Shown: positions 13,244-27,090, counted from the stretch's first letter. The stretch: 64,000 nt of DNA from Octopus sinensis (GCF_006345805.1 NC_042999.1:144956001-145020000); one strand, 5' to 3'. Notes: generated by a model not told the origin, from the sequence alone. Program-made: numbers and translations.

Positions 13244-14334
13244 GTTGCAATAATAAGGATTTCTCCTTGAATCAAAAGTCCAAGTTTTGAGGGTAGTGGT
13301 TAGCTAATTGAATCAACTTCATTATATTATTTACTATCAGTGTTACAGGTGTGAGAGTGTTGGAAATAAATGGTAAAGATAACACAGAGTTTTTTAGATT
13401 CTTGCTTTAATAGAAGAAAGGGGCAGGAATGGTTGACTGATGTGATGTACAAAATATCTCTTAGTATTTAGTAGCATTTATGAGTATTTTAATCCTGCCA
13501 AGGATAAATTTGATTTTTTTAAAACCTTTCTAGAGACAATTAAATAAGTGCTCCAATACTTAATGTTCATTGCTTTTATTTCTCACCCTACATTTTTTAA
13601 TGGTATTATGTAAATGTGAGAAATCATTTCAGTATATTCCAATAGTTTCTTCACCCAGATTGTTAATAATTAAATTCTCTCTGCACCCAAGTGATTGTGT
13701 TGACAAAGTCCTGCATTGTCACCACTAATACATACTTAGCATTTTTTCAGGTATGCTAAGCTTTATATGTAATTATATTTTAGTAGTTTTGACTATATGT
13801 GGGCTGGTGTGTGTAGGTTGTTCAATGTAGATTGTTGAATTTATGAGTTTTGGTGATGATGGTGAGTCTCACAAATTAATCAGGTTACAAAAGTAACAAC
13901 TGAAGGTTGTTACTTCTATAAACTTATTAATTTGGTCTATCTGTGATGTGTTAACAATGTATTGTTCTATTTAGTTTTGTTGTTATCCTTAATTAAAAGG
14001 TTATCCTTAATTAAAAGAGGTCTATAATCAAAGGTATTAGACAATGACCAATATATCTACTGTATAATATTTAGATAGAACATCCAGGACAACATTATCC
14101 ATTATGTCTATTTTAAAGATAGTATAATTTGGGGGTCATTTGACTGCTATTTCTAATCAGTTGAGTTCTGCATAGGGGTTCCTTCATTAGCTGTCAGACT
14201 GTTGTAGTTCAACCAGGATGTTATGACAGTAGATAAGTGTAAACATATTTAATGTAGAAAACATAAAAAATTCAACTTGAAATTATTAGAGGAGAAGAAA
14301 AGAAAAAATTAGTCATTAATTAATATTCACTGCT

Positions 14335-15460
14335 GCTACTGCCAGCACCACCAGCACCAGCACCAGCACCACCACCACCACCAGCACCACCACCACCACC
14401 ACCAGCACCACCAGCACCAGCACCAGCACCAGCACCAGCACCACCAGCACCACCAGCACCAGCACCAGCACCACCACCAGCACCACCAGCACCAGCAACC
14501 AGCACCAGCACCAGCACCACCACCAGCACCACCACCAGCACCACCACCAGCACCACCACCAGCACCACCAGCACCACCAGCCACCACCAGCACCACCACC
14601 ACCACCAGCACCACCACCACCAGCACCACCAGCACCACCAGCACCAGCACCACCAGCACCAGCACCAGCACAGCACCACCAGCAACCACCAGCACCACCA
14701 ACACCAGCACACAGCACCAGCACCAGCACCACCACCAGCACCACCACCAGCACACCACCAGCACCACACCAGCACCACCACCAGCACCACCACCAGCACC
14801 ACCACCAGCACCACCACACCAGCACCACCACACCAGCACCACCACCAGCACCACCACCAGCCACCACCAGCACCACCACAGCACCACCACCAGCACCACC
14901 ACCAGCACTACCACCAGCACCACCACCAGCACCAACAGCACCACCAGCACCACCAGCACCACCAGCACCACCAGCACCAGCACCAGCACCAGCACCAGCA
15001 CCAGTACCACCACCACCACCACCACCAGCACCACCACCAGCACCACCACCAGCACCACCACCAGCACACCACCAGCACCACCACCAGCACCACCACCAGC
15101 ACCACCACCAGCACCACCACCAGCACCACCACCAGCACCACCACCAGCACCACCACCAGCACCACCACCAGCACTACCACCAGCACCACCACCAGCACCA
15201 CCAGCACCACCAGCACCACCAGCACCAGCACCAGCACCAGCACCAGCACCAGTACCACCACCACCACCACCGCCGCCGCTGCCGCCGCCGCCGCCGCCAC
15301 CACCACCACCACCACCACCGCCACCACCACCACCACCACCACCACCACCACCAACAACAACAGTAACAACAACAGCAGCAGAAGCAGCAGCAGCAGAAGT
15401 AGCAGAAGTAGTAGCAGCAGCAGCAGCAACAACAACAACAACAACACCATCATCATCATC
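14335..15460. repeat. 1.1-kb (CAC/CAG)n trinucleotide-based low-complexity tract grading into (CGC), (CAA), (CAG), (CAT)
   Basis: Read directly from the sequence; several single-base frame slips argue against coding. Confidence 0.95.
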
Positions 15461-16306
15461 ATTTCATACCCATTTTACATAGTGGCAAGTTGGACAGTTA
15501 ATAGGATCTGATGGGTCAAAGGACCACATTTTCCTGTAGTGTCTCAGTTTTGACATAATTTCTACCAGCTGGATGCCCTTCATAACTCCAACAACTTTAC
15601 AGAAGGTACTGAGCACTTTTTGCATGGCACCACCACTTGTAGGTTACCTTGTTGTTCATGAGGCAAAAGAAGTAAAAGTTGACATATAATGGAAAAAAAC
15701 AAAGCAAATTTATTGTTGTGAAAAGATGATAATGGAGAGACTGACTGATGGAACAGTGTTGAGTATGGAAGGGTAATAATGGAGGATGCAGAGGAAAAAC
15801 GGAAAATAATGACAGAGGTTAGTGTGAAAGAGATAGAGTGTGAAAGAGAAGTAGAAAGCGTGGTGGGAAGGGTTCTGTTGGAAGATCCAGCATTTATCCT
15901 CCCGCCCTCCTCCCCTCCGCCCTCCCACTCCCCCTCCTCCTCCTCCTCCTCATCATCATTTAATATCGGTTTTCCATCAATGGGATGGATGGTTTGATGG
16001 GAGCTGGGGTAAGTTGAAGGGCTGCTCCAGGTACCAATTGTCTGTTTTGGCTTGGTCTTAACGGCTGGATGCCCTTCCTAACACCAACCCCTTTACAGAG
16101 TGTATTGGTGCCTTTTTATGTGGCACTAGCAGAGTTGTATTTTTATGTGGCAGCAGCACGAGTACTTGCTGCGTGGCACTGGCACAGGTGCTTATGTGAC
16201 TCTGGTACAAGTGCTTTATATATGGCACTGGCATGGATGCTTATTATGTAGCATCAGTATGGGTACGTTTTACATGGCATCAGTTTGTCCACATTATATA
16301 TATATG

Positions 16307-17190
16307 CAAAAGTTGGACCTAAGAAGCATCAGATGTGGTGTGCAAGAGAGATGACTGCACTGGTATGGCCATGTGGCAAGAATGGATGTGGATAGCTGTG
16401 TGAAAAAGTGCCACACCCTAGCGGTTGAGGCAACCTGTGGAGGAGGTAGACCCAGGAAGACCTACAATGAGGTGGTGAAGCATGACCTTCAAACATTGGG
16501 CTTCACCGAAGCAATGACTAGTGACCAGGACATTTGGAAATATGCTGTGCTTGAGAAGACCCGGCAAGCCAAGTGAGACCATGACCTTGTGGCCTATGCC
16601 AGGGGTGTAAACAGCCCACTTATGCGTACCTTTCCTTCATTGGACACTAAACTCTGCTTGCGAAGACCTGTTGAGGCAAGTGAAAAATGAAATCGAAATT
16701 AAAATCAAATTCGATAACTGGTATCCATGCTAGTGGAGTGCTAAGAGCACCATCTGAGCATGATTGTTGCCAGGAGCGTGATTGTTACCTGCATTGCCTT
16801 ACTGGCACTTGTGCTGGTGGCACGTGAAAAAACATTGGAGTGAGATTGTTGCCAGTGCCACTGGACTGGCTCCAGTGCAGGTGGCATGTAAAAAACACCA
16901 TTTGAGCATGCCCATTGCCAGTATCGCCTGAGTGGCCCTCATACTGGTGGCACGTAAAAGCACACACTACACTCTTGGAGTGGTTGGCGTTAGGAAGGGC
17001 ATCCAGCTGTAGAAACTCTACCAGATCAGATTGGAGCCTTGTGCAGCCATCTGGTTCACCAGTCCTCAGTCAAATCGTCCAACCCATGCCAGCATGGAAA
17101 GCAGACATTAAACAACGACGATATGATGATGATGTCTCACCCATGCTAGCATGAAACACGGACGTTAAATGATGATGATGATGATGATAT
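16307..17190 (+). mobile_element. 5'-truncated RTE LINE (ORF C-terminus plus full 3'UTR, duplicated tail)
   Basis: KLDLRSIRCGVQER*LHWYGHVARMDVDSCVKKCHTLAVEATCGGGRPRKTYNEVVKHDL...; then subunit array and (GAT)n; begins at a (TA)n tract. Confidence 0.9.
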
Positions 17191-18053
17191 ATCATCATTT
17201 TACATTCTCTTTCCATGCTTGCTTGGGTTGGATGGAATCCTAAAAATCTGAGTCAGTTCTTGGAGTTATACAAATTTATTGTTGAGAGGGGGCCATTGGA
17301 AGAGACCAGCAGAGACAGTGTTAAGGAAGGATAATAGAAGGGAAAGGGGGAAAACAGTCATATCTGAGTGTTAGTGAGAAAGAGCTGGAGTATGAGGATG
17401 ATGATGAAAAGGTTTGAGTAGGAAGAGATGCAGTGCTACTCTGTGCTACACATGGGTAGTCAGAGTGATGTGTGCAGAAGTGATATGATGATGATAGCAA
17501 TGAGCCAGATTGTATCTCTAAGTAACATGTCCAAGAGAGCATAGGGATAGAACAATTAGGGAGGGTGAGTTGGATTGTCATGAGTCAAACTCTAAATACC
17601 TTTCAGTGTTAAGATATGTTCTTAAAGATTTCGGGCAAAAGCTTTTGGTAGAAGTTCTTCCCTTAAGCCCTTATCAATAGGAATAATTGAATCTAACCTT
17701 CTCTGTAAACCAAAACAGCCATAAATTTTACATTGCTACTTCTTAGATGGGACCATTTAACATTTAAATATATTGGTCACCCCCCCACAGAGAATCAGTG
17801 GTGGAATACAAATTACTAACTTTTTATCTGATTGCTGTTTGATACCCTATTGTCTTTGTCATCCAAGCTCTTGATGTGTTTCAACAAATCTGTATATATG
17901 ATGGATCTCATGTTAGTTTCAACAATGATCATTCCAGTTGTTCAATCAACACACACACACACGCGCATGCGCACACACATGTACACACACATGTACACAC
18001 ACACACACATGCACATACACACATTAACACATATTCACACATACCCACTCATA

Positions 18054-19282
18054 CAGGGGTTGGACAAAATAATGGAAACAACTAGCATCATAGCATCATA
18101 ATTTTGAAATATCAATAAAACTGTCAAAAGTTTGTTTATTTTTATGTTTTTGATTTATTATTAGTGTCACTTAATATGTTTTGCTAAAATTACTGTTTCT
18201 TTTCAGATATCATCGGAAAAAGGTAATAAAAATTCATTAAAATTACAGATCTATTGGACTCTCAAAGAGGTCAAATTGTTGGTGCTCATATGGCAGGCGC
18301 TAGCGTAATGAAAGCAGCCGAAATGTTTGGTGTCTCAAGAAGTACTGTCTTGAAAGTAATGACAGCATTTGAGAAAGAGGGAAAAACTTTCTCATGGAAA
18401 CAAAACTCCGGAAGAAAACCAAAACTTTCAGATAAGAACTGTTGGACTCTTATGTGAATTGTTAGAAAGAAACACAAAAGTACAGCTCCCAAAATTACTG
18501 CAGAGCTTAATGACCACCTTGAGAACCCAGTTTCCACAAAAACTGTTTGCCGGGAGCTGCACAAAGCTGGATTTCATGGGAGGGCTGCAATCAGAAAACA
18601 AACTACTTTCAAAAACAAGCGTTGCAAAGCATTTAGAGTGGCCCCTACAGAATTGGCCCCTAGAGTAGTGGAAGGCTGTTATTTTCGACCTTATTTCTGA
18701 CCACCAGCCAAGTATACATGTGGAGACAGCCAAAAGAAGCATTTGACCCAGACTACCTTCTTCCAACTGTTAAACATAGAGGAGGATCTGTCTTGGAAAT
18801 CTGCTGGCTAAGTGGTTTCCCTTCATGGCAGAATTAATAGTCAAGACAATTTAAACATTTTATCTGATTAGAATCCATCCTATGGTTGCAGAACTGTTTC
18901 CAGAGGGAAACGCAGTCTTTCAGGATGATAATGTACCAATTCACACAACTAAAGTTGTTACTGAATGGCACGAGGAACATTCTAATGAAGTTGAACGTCT
19001 TATCTGGCCACCACAGTCCCCAGATCTCAATATTATTGAAAATTTATGGCATTTTAGAAAAACAAGTAAGGAGTCGATATCCTCCACCACCATCACTACA
19101 AGAACTGGAAACTGTTTTAGCTGAAGAATGGACAAAAATTCCTTTGGAAACAATTCAAACTTTATACAAGTCCATACCTCATAGAATTCAAACTGTAATT
19201 ACTGCCAAAGACAGTCCTATCCCATATTAAAATAAATTTGTTTGAAATTTTAATGTGTTTCCATTATTTTGTGCAACCCCTG
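18054..19282 (+). mobile_element. Tc1-like DNA transposon with both ends (1229 bp), DD36E spacing
   Basis: TA|CAGGGGTTGGACAAAATAATGGAAACA ... TGTTTCCATTATTTTGTGCAACCCCTG|TA: 27-bp TIR (one mismatch) and TA TSD. Confidence 0.95.
18245..19230 (+). pseudogene. Tc1-family transposase, frameshifted and partly deleted
   Basis: HTH QRGQIVGAHMAGASVMKAAEMFGVSRSTV, SGRKPKLS motif, catalytic QDDNVPIH...WPPQSPDLNIIENLW, C-terminal SIPHRIQTVITAKDSPIPY; stops and frameshifts. Confidence 0.92.
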
Positions 19283-19517
19283 TATGTTCACACACATATA
19301 CACACACCATTCATCATTGTTGAGCTTGACATCCTGATGATAAGTTAATGTGATATTGAAATGTCAATTATATGGGAACTTGGGAAAATTTTGTATAAAT
19401 GCTATCAATAATAATAAATGAACGATGACTAGAAAAGATATATATGTATATATATGTGTGTGTGTGTGTGTATGGTGTGTATGTGTGTACGTACATACAT
19501 GTATATGTGTGTATGAG

Positions 19518-19559
<42 letters not shown>

Positions 19560-19611
19560 TATATGTATATATATATATATATATGATTGCACACACACAC
19601 ACGCATACATA

Positions 19612-19945
19612 GGCACATGCATGGCAATGTGGTTAAGATGTTTACTTCCCAATCCTAGGATTTCAGGTTCAGTCCCACTGTGTAGTACCCTAGCCAATAT
19701 CTTCTTGTATGGCTCTCCATCAGTTACAATGGCAAGTGTTCTAGTTGCTATGATCAACCAAACAACCTGCTCACGAAACTAATGTGCAAGTTGCTGAGCA
19801 CTCCACAGACATGACCACCCTTAATGTAATTCTCAGGGAGATTCAGCGTGACACAGAATGTGACAAGGCTGCCTCCTTGAATTACAATTACAACTTATTT
19901 TTGCCAGCTGAGTGGACTAGAGCAATGCGAAATAAAGTGCCTTTA
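19612..19945. mobile_element. tRNA-derived SINE head (+, 19612-19690) abutting the body of a second SINE family (-, 19725-19945)
   Basis: A-box TGGCAATGTGG and B-box GGTTCAGTCCC; second part matches 22880-23160 and 60350-60657. Confidence 0.7.
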
Positions 19946-19989
19946 GACAGACAGATAAAAGAATTAATGAGTACAGCTCTAAGTTTGAT

Positions 19990-20430
19990 ATGCAGGCTGG
20001 AATTCATCAGGGTTTGTTCTCAGTTCCTGCTTATCGTCATAGTGCTCTTGGCCATAACAGAGGAGTTTAAGGTCAGTTGCCCATGGAAATAATTTTATGT
20101 TCATGATATTATTATAGCTGAATCTGTAGTGGAATTAGAAAATAAATTCCAGGTGGGAAGCAAAGCCAGGAATCAAAAAGCCCTAAAGCAAAGATCAGGT
20201 TTTGCTTATTAGGAAAACAAATTTCTGCTTCTATCAGGGAAATGGCCTTGATATAAAGAAAAAGGAGTTAGTAGAAATTTCACATGGTGTACCCAATGTA
20301 AATTATGGGCCTGTGCAAGAGATGCAATGGTATCACAGGCAGGTTGCCAGAGAAAGTAGATTTCATATGTGATAGCTTCTCAGGAGCAATAGGTGCTAAG
20401 TTCATGTGGGAAATAGACTTTCCCAAGCCT
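19990..20430 (+). mobile_element. Old RTE LINE RT fragment
   Basis: HQG...LIVIVLLAITEEFKVSCPWK...IIAESVVELENKFQV...WCTQCKLW; homologous to 12370-12740 and 34128 onward. Confidence 0.75.
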
Positions 20431-21535
20431 TCCCCACCACTCATCGTTTCTCTACCACTGATATCTCAGTTACCTCACTAACTGCTGTATTTTGCTGCTG
20501 TACTTAAATGAGAGCAAAACTGCATATTTCATCATCTTTTTCTGTTATACAGATTATCTTTCTCACTTTCCAGAACCACTTCACTTGTCAGCCGTCCTTC
20601 ATTCTTAATATTTTAAAATGATCGCCATTCTTCTTGTTATTTTTTAGGCCATAGGTCAGACCTGATGGGAGCACATCCATGGTCAAAAGCATTCCGACCA
20701 TGTCATATGTTTTTTCAGATTGTTAACTAGATTAGCCAATGTGTCCTTGCTTTTTAAAAAAAGGCTAGGGTGTAATTGGAGGGTAATTTGATTGCTATAG
20801 CTAGCAGGTGAGTAAATATACTGAGGATTTCTGTTGTTATTCATGCTGGTATTGGTGGCAATGGTGTTTGTGGTGGAGCCAACACTGTCCTGGTCTGCAA
20901 TAATATACTTTTGGAGTGAAAATATGCATTTCACATTCTGGCTGAGGTTAACCAAACTTTGAAGAGAAATGTGACAAAATATACAACTTAAAACATGTTA
21001 CTCCACTTTCAGTTAAATATTTGCTGAAAAAGATTTTGTTCCTGTATTTAACAAGTATCAAGTAACAATTTTGACTTGCCTTTATTATTTACTGTTGAAT
21101 TGTGAGAAAAAAATAAACACCTGTTTTTGTGCTCCCATGTCAGAATCTTGAGAAATTCTCATAACGAAACACCATAGGTGTATTTATTTATTTTATTAGT
21201 TTTATTTGAATTTTTATCACATATTTCTCTGTTAAAAGTAATTAAGACACTTGATACACCATATTTGTAATGTCTTCTTCAAAGTCCAGTAAAGAGGGGG
21301 TGGGGAAATGAGATTTACAGTTTTTTTAACCTTATGAATGTACATAAACCTAAAGACAAGACAAAAAGATTATCAAGCATGGGTGTGTGGCTAAAAAGCA
21401 AGCTTTGCAATGAAATGGTTTTGGGCTCAGACCCTCTGTTTGGTATCTTGGACAAATGTCTTTTAAACTAAAACCCTGAGCTGACCAACGCTTTGTGAGT
21501 GAATTTATTAGACAGAAATTGCGTAGGCCTGGCAA

Positions 21536-21896
21536 ATGTATGTATGTATGTATGTATGTATGTATGTATGTATGTATGTATGTATGTATGTATGTATGTA
21601 TGTATGTACGTATGTATGTATGTATGTATGTATGTATGTATGTATGTATGTATGTATGCATGCATGCATACATGTATGTATGTATGTATGTATGTATGTA
21701 TGTATGCATGCATGCATGCATACATGTATGTATGTATGCATGTATGTATGTATGTATGTATGTATGTATTTATATATGTATTATGTATGTATGTCATTAT
21801 TCAGTTTATTTCAAGATTTCTTGCCAATAAAGAAAGAACCAGTTTTTAACTTAGATCCAAGGCTCCTACATTGGAATTTTAACATCAACAACAGGG

Positions 21897-21928
<32 letters not shown>

Positions 21929-22115
21929 TGTATGTATGTATGTATGTATGTATGTATTATGTATGTATGTATGTATGTATGTATGTATGTATGTATGTAT
22001 GTATGTATGTATTATGTATGTATGTATGTATGTATGTATGTATGTATTTATGTATTTATGTATGTATGTATTATGTATGTATGTATGTATGTATGTATGT
22101 ATGTATGTATGTATG
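21536..22115. repeat. Two (TATG)n arrays each followed by the same short repeat end (GTCATTATTCAGTTT...CAAGATTTCTTGCCAATA)
   Basis: Duplicated flank at about 21793 and 22115. Confidence 0.9.
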
Positions 22116-22261
22116 TCATTATTCAGTTTTGATTCAAGATTTCTTGCCAATAGAGAAAGAGCTGGTGTTTGGGAAATAAATTATAGGCATAGTATGTTTA
22201 TAGGGGGAATAAAAGAAACGATTTCCACAAATCCATGTTTCACATATGTACATACATACAT

Positions 22262-22553
22262 GTGGCCGTAGCCAGCGCTGCCCTGACTGGCCTCCATGCC
22301 GGTGGCACGTAAAAAGCACCATCCGATCGTGGCCGTTTGCCAGCCTCGTCTGGCACCTGTGCCGGTGGCATGTAAAAAGCACCCACTACACTCACGGAGT
22401 GGTTGGCGTTAGGAAGGGCATCCAGCTGTAGAAACACTGCCAGATCAGACTGGGCCTGGTGCAGCCTTCTGACTTCCCAGACCCCAGTTGAACCGTCCAA
22501 TCCATGCTAGCATGGAAAGCGGACGTTAAACGATGATGATGATGATGATGATG
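22262..22553 (+). mobile_element. Young RTE 3'UTR/tail copy
   Basis: CpG-rich subunits and tail ending (GAT)n. Confidence 0.85.
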
Positions 22554-22879
22554 TATGTGTGCTAGTGTTTGTGTTTGTTCCCCACTACCATTTGACAACT
22601 GGCTTTGGTTTATCATAACTTTGCTATCTGCTAAAGAGACACTGATATAAGTGCCAGTTTTAAAAATAAGTTTCGGGGTCAATTGCTTCAACTAAAACCC
22701 CTCAAAATAGTGCTCTAGCATGATCACAGTCCAATGACTGAAGCAAGTAAAAGATAAAAGACAAAAGATAAACCACTGTATGATAAATTAAAACTTGTGT
22801 CCAATGAAGCTGGTTTGTGTTGGAAAAAATCTGTAAATAAAGTTTGCAAATTTGAACAGAACTGTCACTCCATTGGTTA

Positions 22880-23160
22880 CAATGATGAAAGTTCCAGTTA
22901 ATCTAATCAATAGAACAGCCTGCTCATGAATGTAATGTGCAAGTGGCTGAGTACTCCACAGACATGCATACTCTTAATGTAGTTCTCAGGGAGAGTTAGT
23001 GTAATACAGAATGTGACAAGGCTGCCCCTTTTAAAATACAAATACTACTCATTTTTGCCAGCTGATTGGACTGGAGCAATAAGAAATGTGCTGCTATGTA
23101 TTGAACTCATGACCTTACGATTGTGAGATGAATACCCTAACCACTATGTCAGGCGTCTTC
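22880..23160 (-). mobile_element. tRNA-derived SINE
   Basis: tRNA-like head at the right end on the minus strand; body shared with 19725-19945 and 60350-60657. Confidence 0.75.
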
Positions 23161-23684
23161 ACAAATTTAAACATACTTGTATATGGTAGCTATGATATAA
23201 GTTCTAAAGCTTCAGGCACCAACCAATTAGCATAATGTTACCCAAAACACACTTCAGCTTTTGGTTCACAGGTGTTCACAGTCCTCTTTTTGTCTTTTCT
23301 ACTCTTACTATAATAGTCTCTGCTCATTGAAGCTAACTGCACTCATATTGTCTTCACTCAAGCAATCCCACCCAAGTCACCTCTCCTCCTCTCATCATTT
23401 TTATAGCAACCAACTCTACCAATCAGGCCTCTCTCAAATCACTACACCTTGACTACATTTTACAGAATATCAGACCCTGAAATACTCTCCCTGCTCATTT
23501 CTTTCCTACAGGTGTTGAGTGACAAAGGTTCAAGAAGAACATTGATTGTCATATCATTCTTTCCAGAACCCCTCGGACCTCCTAGACTGATGGGATTGAT
23601 GCCATCAATGTTCTTCTCAAATGTTAATGACATCATAGGTATAGGTGAGGCTATAAACATATGCATGGCTTATAGGTGTATGCA

Positions 23685-23840
23685 TAGGTACGTGGCTGGG
23701 AAATTTGCTTCCCAATCATGCAGTCTTGAGTTCAGCCCCATTGCATACCACCTTGGGCAAATGTCTTTTACAATAGTCTTGGGCTGACCAAAGTCTTTTG
23801 AGTGGATTTGGTAGATGGAAACTTAAAAAGGCCTGTTCAT
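23685..23840 (+). mobile_element. tRNA-derived SINE followed by (TG)n
   Basis: GAGTTCAGCCCC B-box, CCTTGGGCAA core, GAGTGGATTTGGTAGATGGAAAC tail; same family at about 21375, 42515 (-), 43385, 48213 (-). Confidence 0.75.
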
Positions 23841-23886
23841 GTGTGTCCATGTGTGTGTGTGTGAGTGAGTGTATGTGTATATGTGT

Positions 23887-23975
<89 letters not shown>

Positions 23976-24519
23976 CATGAGTGTGTCTCTACTGGTGGCT
24001 ACTTTGTTATCATATACCAACAATGAACCACTCATCAATTTTACAATGCTGTCACTATTTAAAGTCATTAATTATTTTGTCAGTTGGGCAGGTGGTGGTA
24101 GTGGGGGCTCTGTATGGCTGCTCAACTTGTTAGAAATAACAGCTTAATTTGCTTGCAGTCATATCCTGCTATCTTGAATAAGGACAGGACACATTGAATA
24201 TGTAGTGTCCTAGAAAAGGGTTAGGGTTAGAGTTAGGTCATTGGTCATAGGTATCTTTTCGGGTTGTGTTGTCCTAGAACTAAACAGCAATGACAACAAC
24301 AATGAATGATACCAATTTGCAGCAGCTAGTTATAGTTTAGCCCCATGTCAATCCCAGTCAAGCAGGTCCATGACTTTAAGACAATATAATTCAAAACATA
24401 ATTCAATATATCTTTCCTATCATGGCAACCGAATAATTGTCACATATTATATTACAAGTAAATTCCTCTATTTATATAATATTGAAGTCTCTTCCATTCT
24501 TTTGTCTTACCATTACTAT

Positions 24520-25023
24520 TAATTGGCATCCATGCTACTGGGGCGCTAAGAGCACCATCCGAGCATGATTGTTGACAGAGCGGCTAACTGGCTTCTGTGC
24601 CGGTGGCACGTAAAAGGCACCGTTCAGGTGTGATTGTTACCAGCATCACCTTACTGGCTCTTGTGCCCCATGCTAGTGGGGTGCTAAGAGCACCATCCGA
24701 GCATGATCATTGCCAGAGCGACTAACTGGCTTCCGTGCTGGTGGCATGTAAAAGGCACCATTCGAGCATGATTGTTACCAGCGTTGCCTTACTGATTGCC
24801 AGTACCACCTGACTGGCCCCCGTGCCAGTGGCACGTAAAAGCACCTACTACACTCTCAGAGTAGTTGGCATTAGGAAGGGCATCCAGCTGTAGAAACTCT
24901 GCCAGATCAAGATTGGAACCTGGTGCAGCCATCTGGTTCGCCAGCCCTCAGTCAAAATCGTCCAACCCATGCTAGCATGGAAAGCGGATGGTAAACGATG
25001 ACGATGATGATGATGATGATGAT
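24520..25023 (+). mobile_element. RTE 3'UTR with about 5 structured subunits and (GAT)n tail
   Basis: Matches 35165-35673 and 48960-49497. Confidence 0.88.
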
Positions 25024-25075
25024 ATATAATAAACACAGTATGTTTTTATGTGCTACTATCATTGTATTTGTTTAT

Positions 25076-26170
25076 GTTGATTTTTTAGATGTTTCTCTAG
25101 ACCTGAACTCCTCCTATAAACCTTACCATAAGTTTAATGAGAAACTTTCCTATATACATAAACAATCTTGTCACCTTGCTGTAGTATTCAAAAATCTGAC
25201 AGTTAACATTAGTAATAGAGTTTCTAACCTCTCTTCCTCTAAAGAAATCTTTGAGAAGGCAGGTCCCAACTATAACAATGCCCTAGCCAATAGTGGATTT
25301 AAGGATAAATTAATATAAATTATCATATAGCTGCCGCCCCAATATGAAAAACATCCTTACATGAGAACAACACCAAGAGGCCACTCCCAGTTGTAACTGG
25401 CGAGCCCCAGGAACTTGTCCACTTGACCAAGGATATATGATTAAATCTGTTATATTTGAGACAGAAGTTATAGCAATGCTAAATGATAATACAATTGATG
25501 AGAAGAGCTTCATGTGACTTTGCGAAGGCTAATTCAAAAATCATTAGGCTAATCACGTGCCTTCCTTCTAACAGTAACAAAAGTAAAGCTACAAAGTTGG
25601 CTAGCCATGAATGGGGTTTGAAGTCACACACTGCACAACTTATGATAAAGTGGAAAATAGTTGAACAATCCATACCATATGTTAATGGATCAAAAAAATG
25701 TAAGCTATGAATAACTGAAAGAATTCAGATACTTTTCAGATCTCAAAATTCTGCCACACTGCTGAATTCTGGATCCATAATTTTCAGTGGTTGTTAGCAT
25801 AGGTGTAAGTTCCTGTTGATGAATTGGAAAGTGCTAACCTCTCTGGATTGAATAACTGTACCATAGACTCTGAGCCATTATCTTTTCAGCCTTATACTTT
25901 ACGGTCCAAGGGGAAATAACTCTAATTCTTCCCTTTGCTTCTTTCTGTTTTCTTTTTTGCTTTCTGGTTTTTCAACCTTCCACCTTTTATATCTACTTCT
26001 TTCTCACATTTTCTCTTGTCCTATCACCCCATTGCTAATTTGTTATGCCATGTGAGCAGTGCCTGAAGATTGTGCTAGGACACCAGACGTTAAAGAATAC
26101 TGTGTGGTATGCTCTCAGCACATGAAACTAGTAGTAGCACATAAAATCATATATTGTGTTTATTAAATAA
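25076..26170 (+). mobile_element. 5'-truncated, internally deleted Penelope-like element (RT C-terminus, GIY-YIG endonuclease, pLTR)
   Basis: VDFLDVSLDL...YKPYHK...YIHKQSCH...RVSNLSSSKEIFEKA...YNNALANSGF (PLE RT/thumb); CNWRAPGTCPLD...; ATKLASHEW...IKWKIVEQSIPYVNGSKKCKL*ITER...LLN...C*HRCKFLL (GIY-YIG C-terminal half). Confidence 0.9.
26059..26140 (+). ncRNA. Type I hammerhead ribozyme in Penelope pLTR
   Basis: GTGC-CTGAAGA-T-TGTGCT...AGCACA-T-GAAAC-TAGTA-GTA^GCAC: stem I GTGC/GCAC, stem II 6 bp, intact core, predicted cleavage after 26136. Confidence 0.85.
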
Positions 26171-26860
26171 CATTTATCTCTCACCAGATGGAGTACTTTC
26201 TTTATTGATCTTACCATCATGGAACAGTACACTATATATATATATATATATTACATGTATACATGTGTATGTGTTTGTGTCTCCTTGTTTTGATAGTTGT
26301 AATGAGTATCACTGTCATACAAGCAGTGTCATTTCATATCCAGTACTCTGAAAAAAACATGCCTGGCCATAGGAAAGTATTACCTTGTTTGGAAATAGGT
26401 GGGTGTTGATGACAGGAAAAGTAAATATCATAGAAAACATGCCTCAGTAAACTCTGTCTGACCTCATGGTAAAAAAGAATGCTAAAAACGATGATGATGA
26501 AGTAGAACTATTCTTTCTTTTTATGTTCCAGAAATCTAAGTTTGTTATAAAAGGAATTATTTAATACTCTAGAAATTCAGAAATGATAAAAACTGCAGGA
26601 CAACCAACAAAATCTAAAATTAGTTGAATGACTCAACCTCTTGGTTTACAAATAATAAATTATCGTTTCAGTTTACTTTGTAAATGGTCTTCCTTTTTAT
26701 CCTTTCTTTTGACATTTTTTTCTCACCTGATAATTAACTGTTTTTCAGATAGGAGACTTCAGTAAGTCAACCACTACCATATCTTTTCACAAAGTTATTA
26801 CGGTTGTTGCTATCGCTGCAGTTACGACAACAAGTGCTACTGTTGTTGTTGCTGCTATTA

Positions 26861-26965
26861 TTGTCATAGGTAGTATTGGTCAAAATACAGCAATTTTGCC
26901 TATTCAGTTTTTTGTCGTAGGTAGTATTGGTCAAAATACAGCAATTTTGCCTATTCAGTTTTTTG
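26861..26965. repeat. 51-bp direct tandem duplication
   Basis: TTGTCATAGGTAGTATTGGTCAAAATACAGCAATTTTGCCTATTCAGTTTT repeated with one mismatch. Confidence 0.95.
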
Positions 26966-27090
26966 TTTTCCTATCTCTCTCTTCAAAAATAATGCTTTCC
27001 AGTTCTAATTTGGATGATATAAACAAAAGACAATCAATTTATGCTGTATTTGACTTACAATAGTAGTGGTAGTAGAGGTGATAGTAGTGA

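Noticed and set aside
14316-15462. Long Gly/Ala-, Val/Leu- or Pro/Ala-rich ORFs resembling structural proteins
   Set aside because: Pure CAC/CAG repeat with frame slips; no splice or start context.
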